A stretch of 64,000 nt of DNA from a bacterium (GTDB lineage: Bacteria > Patescibacteriota > Minisyncoccia > Phycocordibacterales > CAIZLB01), in contig JANOAN010000009.1 of the NCBI GenBank assembly GCA_031411135.1, positions 7,175 through 71,174 of the forward strand, written 5' to 3'. The notes below the pieces were generated by a model. The model ran no database searches, was not told the origin of the DNA, and saw only the letters and a list, made by a program, of their open reading frames with translations. Positions 59,622-64,000 of the stretch are shown one piece after another. The translations under genes were made by a program, and so were the position numbers. Within the stretch, counting starts at the first letter, position 1, and the number at the start of each line of letters is the position of its first letter.

Positions 59622-60119
59622 ATGATTTCCTTACGTTTTATCCCTATTTTTGAAGACAAGGAGTTTACTGATGCTGTAGCTGAGTACAAGCAGATTTGGG
59701 AAGCTGAGGGTGTCAGAATTATTGATGCTTTCAAACAGATAACAGGACTCTCTTTTGTTGAAAATCGGATAGCTATTGTTATATACGAGGGCGTGAGTTT
59801 TTCAGGACGTACCCCAAACGATATGATGAAATTGCGTGCAAGCTATACGGCTGATGTTAAAAAGGCAACACTCGTACACGAATTATCTCATCGCTTGCTT
59901 TTTAATCTCAAAAATAGACCTGAGGGTGATGAACACCAAGTCATTAACTTATTTCTTTATGATGTGTGGGTAGAGTTGTATGGCGAGGACTTTGCAAATG
60001 AAATGGTAGAAATTGAAAAAAAGCGAGCTGAAAATTATCAAATTGCTTGGGATTTTGCACTTTCACTTACGAAAGAGCAAAGAAAAGAAAAGTTTTCAGC
60101 CCTGCAAAAAAGCTTATAA
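59622..60119 (+). CDS. Hypothetical protein with an HExxH motif (VHELSHRL)
   Basis: 165-aa ORF, 3 nt downstream of the Nudix gene. Confidence 0.35.
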   Translation: MISLRFIPIFEDKEFTDAVAEYKQIWEAEGVRIIDAFKQITGLSFVENRIAIVIYEGVSFSGRTPNDMMKLRASYTADVKKATLVHELSHRLLFNLKNRPEGDEHQVINLFLYDVWVELYGEDFANEMVEIEKKRAENYQIAWDFALSLTKEQRKEKFSALQKSL

Positions 60120-60121
60120 AT

Positions 60122-61240
60122 ATGACAAATAATCAAGATGAAAACTCAATAAAAATTGTAGAGGCAATTCCTGAAGATGCAAAAGGGATTACTACTGTTT
60201 TGTATAAAACTTGGCTTGATACCTATCCCAATGAGGAAATAGGTATCACGAAAGAAGATGTTGAGGATAGCTACAAAGACGCTTTTACAGAGGAAAAAAT
60301 AAAAAGTCAGCAAGAAAGAATAGCGACCACTCCTGAAAATCAAAGACGATTGGTCGCTAAAAATGGCACTGATGTTATTGGTATTGCCACAATGATACGT
60401 AATAATGATAACAATCAGCTAAGGACGATATATGTGCTTCCTGAGTATCAGGGTAAGGGTGTAGGCTCAATGCTATGGAATGAAATAAAAAAGTTTTGTG
60501 ACCACTCTAAAGACACGATTGTTCAAGTAGCCACCTACAATAAAAGTGCTATCTCTTTCTATGAAAAGCTGGGTTTTGTTGATACTGGAAAGAGGTGGTC
60601 TGATGAAAAATGGAAAATGAGAAGTGGTGCAACTATCCCCGAAATGGAGATGATGATAATAGCAAAAAACCAAAAAGATTGGTCTGAATACTACGAAATA
60701 ACAAAGGCTAAGCCACCCACAAAACTTCTTGTAAAAGCTCTTGAATATGTCACTGATAAAGGCAAAGCTATTGATATTGGAGCTGGTGCGTTGAAAGACA
60801 CACGATACCTGCTTGAACAGGGTTTTGAGGTCACTGCGATTGATAAAAGCCCTTTAATGGAGCAGGGAGTCAAAACACTAGAAAATGATAAGGTTCAGGC
60901 TTTTACGACCTCATTTGAAGATTTTGATTTTTCTGAAAATAAGTATGATATTGCCTCTGCAATGTTTTCTCTGCCATTCACTGAGCCAGCACATTTTGAG
61001 ACAGTCTTTATCAAGATAAAAAACTCACTCAAGAAAGGTGGTGTGTTCTGCGGTCAATTCTTTGGAATGAATGATGAATGGTCAAAAAATCCTAAGATGA
61101 CTTTTCATACTGAAGCTCAAGTAAAAGAATTGCTCAATGGTCTTGAGGTGCTTTCTTTTAAGGAGGTTGAGGAAGATAGTACTACGGCAAACGGCACACC
61201 AAAGCATTGGCATATTTTCCATATAATCGCAAAGAAATAA
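60122..61240 (+). CDS. GNAT N-acetyltransferase fused to a class-I SAM-dependent methyltransferase
   Basis: N-terminal half has RTIYVLPEYQGKGVGSMLW...ISFYEKLGF (GNAT motifs A/B). C-terminal half has AIDIGAGALKD (MTase motif I) and a D/E acidic loop. Start set at MTNNQDEN. Confidence 0.6.
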   Translation: MTNNQDENSIKIVEAIPEDAKGITTVLYKTWLDTYPNEEIGITKEDVEDSYKDAFTEEKIKSQQERIATTPENQRRLVAKNGTDVIGIATMIRNNDNNQLRTIYVLPEYQGKGVGSMLWNEIKKFCDHSKDTIVQVATYNKSAISFYEKLGFVDTGKRWSDEKWKMRSGATIPEMEMMIIAKNQKDWSEYYEITKAKPPTKLLVKALEYVTDKGKAIDIGAGALKDTRYLLEQGFEVTAIDKSPLMEQGVKTLENDKVQAFTTSFEDFDFSENKYDIASAMFSLPFTEPAHFETVFIKIKNSLKKGGVFCGQFFGMNDEWSKNPKMTFHTEAQVKELLNGLEVLSFKEVEEDSTTANGTPKHWHIFHIIAKK

Positions 61241-61243
61241 TTT

Positions 61244-61774
61244 ATGAACTATATCTATCACTGGGTTCCAAAAGATATGCAAGGAGATGTACTTTTCCCT
61301 CTGAACACTCTTAAAGACACGCACCCTGATTTGTATGATAAGGAAGCAAGCAAATATGTAGGACGAGAACAAATAATGCAACACAAGCTTCCTGTTTTGA
61401 ATTGCTTATGGAACGACGTATTGCATTTTTCCGCCGTTCACCCCTCAGAAGTAAAACAGGCTTTAATTGACGCTGGTAGAACAAAACCTTTTGATATTGA
61501 GTTTTTTGAAGTAGACCCACATCTTTTGACCACTGAAAATACAATTGTTTATTTATACAAGCACAGCAGTATGGCTGACAAATTGAAAGAAGATAATTTT
61601 GCGAAGTATAATCCTGATGATATGGCTCAGTATTCTGTATTGCCACAAGAAACAAAAGATTATTATAAAGAAATAATTTCTCAGGGTAAAAATCCGCTAC
61701 TATTTCATCGAGTACCGCACATACTTTTCAGAGGCTCACTCGACACGTCAAAGATTAAAAGAATTAAAGCTTAA
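61244..61774 (+). CDS. Hypothetical protein
   Basis: 176-aa ORF tightly packed in the cargo operon. Confidence 0.35.
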   Translation: MNYIYHWVPKDMQGDVLFPLNTLKDTHPDLYDKEASKYVGREQIMQHKLPVLNCLWNDVLHFSAVHPSEVKQALIDAGRTKPFDIEFFEVDPHLLTTENTIVYLYKHSSMADKLKEDNFAKYNPDDMAQYSVLPQETKDYYKEIISQGKNPLLFHRVPHILFRGSLDTSKIKRIKA

Positions 61775-62374
61775 ATGACTGAACCTCAAAACTTTACCCC
61801 TGCATATTTAGTAGCTTGTGCCGAACTGTATCACTTAGATTTTATCGCAAGCAATTTCACAAGGTCTGCAAAACTCCTACACGAGCAAGGAAATGGCTCT
61901 GAACATTCACAGTCATTTCACCTATTGGTATCAATGGCTTTTGAGCTTTTTCCTAAAATCCTCATCGGCTGTGAGACCTGTCTACTTCACCAAAACGACG
62001 TAACTCTGACGGTAGACGAAATAAGAGCAAAGATTGTTGATGAACACAGAAAAGTTGGTCATAATCTGAAAAAGCTTTTTGAGAAGTATCCTGACCTTAT
62101 GCAAGAGCTTGAAATTGAAGCCGTCACGAGAGTCCCTGATGACCCAAGCAAAGAATGGTTTGTAAGCGAGTACCGATTTAAGGTTAAAGACTATCAGTAC
62201 CTACTAAGTATCAAAGACGTGGAAGCTGTGAGGTACGGCTCATTCTCACAAAATCGTGATGTGGCTATGGACTGCACTGGTGATGAAAAGATTTTGAACC
62301 TGCTTTTGAAACTCCAAGAGTTTGTGCATAAAAAGAAATTAGAGACTATTCAGCAGATGAGGGCTACAATATAA
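61775..62374 (+). CDS. Hypothetical protein (possible HEPN-like R-x-x-x-H motif, weak)
   Basis: 199-aa ORF starting 1 nt after the previous stop. Confidence 0.3.
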   Translation: MTEPQNFTPAYLVACAELYHLDFIASNFTRSAKLLHEQGNGSEHSQSFHLLVSMAFELFPKILIGCETCLLHQNDVTLTVDEIRAKIVDEHRKVGHNLKKLFEKYPDLMQELEIEAVTRVPDDPSKEWFVSEYRFKVKDYQYLLSIKDVEAVRYGSFSQNRDVAMDCTGDEKILNLLLKLQEFVHKKKLETIQQMRATI

Positions 62375-62477
62375 AAATTAGACGGTAAGCAAAGACCTAA
62401 CATCTCGTAAAGTGCTTGTAATATAAGGGTATTCTTTGAGCCAATCTATAGTTAGAAAGTCGTCCTGTAAAGCGAGC

Positions 62478-62580
62478 ATTGTAGACAAACCTCTTTTACT
62501 GTTGTAATATCCCAGCAGTTCTTTAAACCTCTGGCTGTATCTTTTAGGGCATTTAGGTGTCTTGAAAGATGCAGCCACAA
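62478..62580 (+). repeat. ~100-bp promoter/leader module, copy 1 (tagaca-17-taatat then a 10-bp stem hairpin)
   Basis: About 93% identical to 63069..63168. Lies about 40 nt upstream of an ATG at 62622. Confidence 0.65.
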
Positions 62581-62621
62581 CTCTAAACTTAGGCTGTTGC
62601 CACATACAAAACCACTGTCTT

Positions 62622-62945
62622 ATGAAAAAAATTGACACTAAAACTGTTTCCACAATTCTAAGAAAGGCACAGAAAGGCCCTCGAATGACTGGTGGAAAAA
62701 GATGGTCAGAAGGACGCCTGAAAGTTATCTCGAAAGAAAACCCAGCAATAGCGACATTTCTGAATGAATTTCATTTTTCAGGTTCGAGATTCCACAGGAT
62801 GTCGGGAATCGAATCTGCGGTAATACTCTACGAAATCTTCAGGGTGTCCAGCAGGAAAACTTCGTCGACGAAGAAGAAACCTGAGCCTGAAATCGTCTAC
62901 GGCCCCGCTGGTCGCGACCGCATCAGAAGACGGCCTCAATTATAA
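62622..62945 (+). CDS. Hypothetical basic protein
   Basis: Internal Met of ORF 62562..62945 chosen because it sits downstream of the conserved leader. The overlapping minus-strand ORF 62378..62653 is a less likely alternative. Confidence 0.3.
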   Translation: MKKIDTKTVSTILRKAQKGPRMTGGKRWSEGRLKVISKENPAIATFLNEFHFSGSRFHRMSGIESAVILYEIFRVSSRKTSSTKKKPEPEIVYGPAGRDRIRRRPQL

Positions 62946-63068
62946 CGCCCGCCGACAACTCATACTGAGCCTGTCGCAGCGGGCTTTTGTATTTTTATAC
63001 CCAGGAAGAAAACTTCCTACCCCTCCATCAAGCAGGTTCGAGCATCCTCCCACCTTTGGTGCCTTGTA

Positions 63069-63168
63069 GACAAAATTCTTTTCCCGTTGTAATATCCCAA
63101 CAGTTCTTTAAACCTCTGGCTGTATCTTTTAGGGCATTTATGTGTCTTGAAAGATGCAGCCACAACGG
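63069..63168 (+). repeat. ~100-bp promoter/leader module, copy 2
   Basis: Direct repeat of 62478..62580. Lies about 40 nt upstream of gene 63206..63502. Confidence 0.65.
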
Positions 63169-63205
63169 ACTAGTATCACTCACTTAAAATAAACCAGGAG
63201 ATACA

Positions 63206-63502
63206 ATGAACGACGCAGTCACGCAAGCAGAAAGAATCTTTAAGGTCGGTGAAGGTGTCTACTTCCGGTCAGACACGATGGGAACACCCGAGCTCGACGA
63301 ACTCGTACGCAAAGCTGTTAGGAAACATGGTGCGGGCCCGCATGTCATCATTCGAACCGATATCGGCCGTGGCGATGGTAACCAAAAATTGAAATTCAAA
63401 GGATCCATCAGTGCCGGCCTCGGTGAAGATGCCCCGGCAGCTTCAATGGTCGATGAAATGACGTGGGACTCGCGTTATTTCAGTTCCATTCCCCGCACAT
63501 AG
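63206..63502 (+). CDS. Hypothetical protein (GC-richer)
   Basis: 98-aa ORF with RBS aggaga 8 nt upstream. Confidence 0.4.
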   Translation: MNDAVTQAERIFKVGEGVYFRSDTMGTPELDELVRKAVRKHGAGPHVIIRTDIGRGDGNQKLKFKGSISAGLGEDAPAASMVDEMTWDSRYFSSIPRT

Positions 63503-63649
63503 CAGACACCAGCCCCAAGGCCCCATTCAGCGTTAGTCCCCTCGACTCACGTTGTTGGGGCCTTTCGTTTTTATGTGAGTAAATAAGTTCGAACCCCCTC
63601 CCGCCTTTGGAGCCGTGGTACGTCTAGGAAGATTTGGTATAATACATTT

Positions 63650-63859
63650 ATGAATAAAGATGCCAAAAATTCAAAGTTAGAATATTGTAAGGAAGAACTA
63701 AAAAACCTATTAAATAAATTAGTTGAGGGAAACTATCACATTACGGCAGAATTTATCTATGACCATATTGCAAACTCTGGAGTGGACATGAAAATCCATC
63801 CTGAACTCCAAAACCAAAAAACTATGTACGAGTTCTTGAAAGAGGAAGAGGCTGTATAA
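63650..63859 (+). CDS. Hypothetical small protein
   Basis: 69-aa ORF with a tataat box about 20 nt upstream. Confidence 0.3.
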   Translation: MNKDAKNSKLEYCKEELKNLLNKLVEGNYHITAEFIYDHIANSGVDMKIHPELQNQKTMYEFLKEEEAV

Positions 63860-64000
63860 TTTTTGCTTACTTCCCCACCAAGTAGGTTCGAACCCTCCAG
63901 AGGGCTGCTGTTTGTATTCAATCGCTTTGCTCTTGAACAAACAGGGAGCATCCTCCCACCTTTGGAGCCAGCTATTGACTTATCTTATATTTATGTTATC

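Noticed and set aside
63881-63910. Possible tRNA or tmRNA 3' fragment (ggttcgaaccctcc)
   Set aside because: No complete acceptor/T-arm pairing and no full cloverleaf. Treated as a repeat or att-scar motif instead.
1-64000. CRISPR arrays, rRNA genes, IS transposases
   Set aside because: No regularly spaced direct repeats were seen. No rRNA-like conserved blocks. No DDE-transposase ORF. The only recombinase is the serine integrase at 54340..55899.

Overview
This window is a low-GC bacterial chromosome segment. Coordinates 5900–48800 are dominated by one long minus-strand block of housekeeping genes.

Core genes recognised from the translated ORFs:
- Translation: rpmA, the aminoacyl-tRNA ligases metG, proS, an Asp/Asn-type class IIb ligase and a class-I LysRS, plus frr, hpf, def and fmt.
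- Cell wall and division: asnB, an M23 peptidase, mraY–ftsW–murG, mraZ–rsmH–ftsL-like–ftsI, mrdA–mreD-like–mreC–mreB and a second standalone mreB.
- Chromosome: scpB/scpA, a holB-like gene and a PIF1/RecD-like helicase.
- Chaperones and others: dnaJ, dnaK, grpE, greA, rseP, and a priA homologue with degenerate ATPase motifs.
- Two tRNAs: Glu-CUC on the minus strand and Asn-GUU on the plus strand.

The gene content (class-I LysRS, split dcw cluster with no Mur ligases between mraY and ftsW, very compact genes) resembles reduced CPR/Patescibacteria-type genomes. That placement is inference only.

Accessory or unusual content:
1. An operon (17.6–21.7 kb) with Ddl, a peptidase-C39-like Cys/His protein, a RimK-like ATP-grasp ligase, a PlsC-like acyltransferase and membrane proteins. 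It may be an undescribed envelope or aminoacyl-lipid modification system.
2. A large-serine-recombinase element inserted at the 3' end of tRNA-Asn (54.3 kb onward). It carries a five-gene cargo operon: Nudix, an HExxH protein, a GNAT–SAM-methyltransferase fusion and two unknowns.
3. A HigB(Gp49)/HigA-like toxin–antitoxin pair inserted inside the dcw operon.
4. A solitary MazF/PemK-like toxin convergent with a candidate promoter-to-terminator small RNA.
5. Several GC-richer small ORFs with GC-rich hairpin terminators scattered between core operons, including one pair sharing a duplicated ~57-bp terminator module.
6. A duplicated ~100-bp promoter/leader module upstream of two small genes near the right end.
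7. A ~700-bp structured non-coding stretch upstream of mraZ.

No CRISPR array, rRNA or classical IS transposase was seen.
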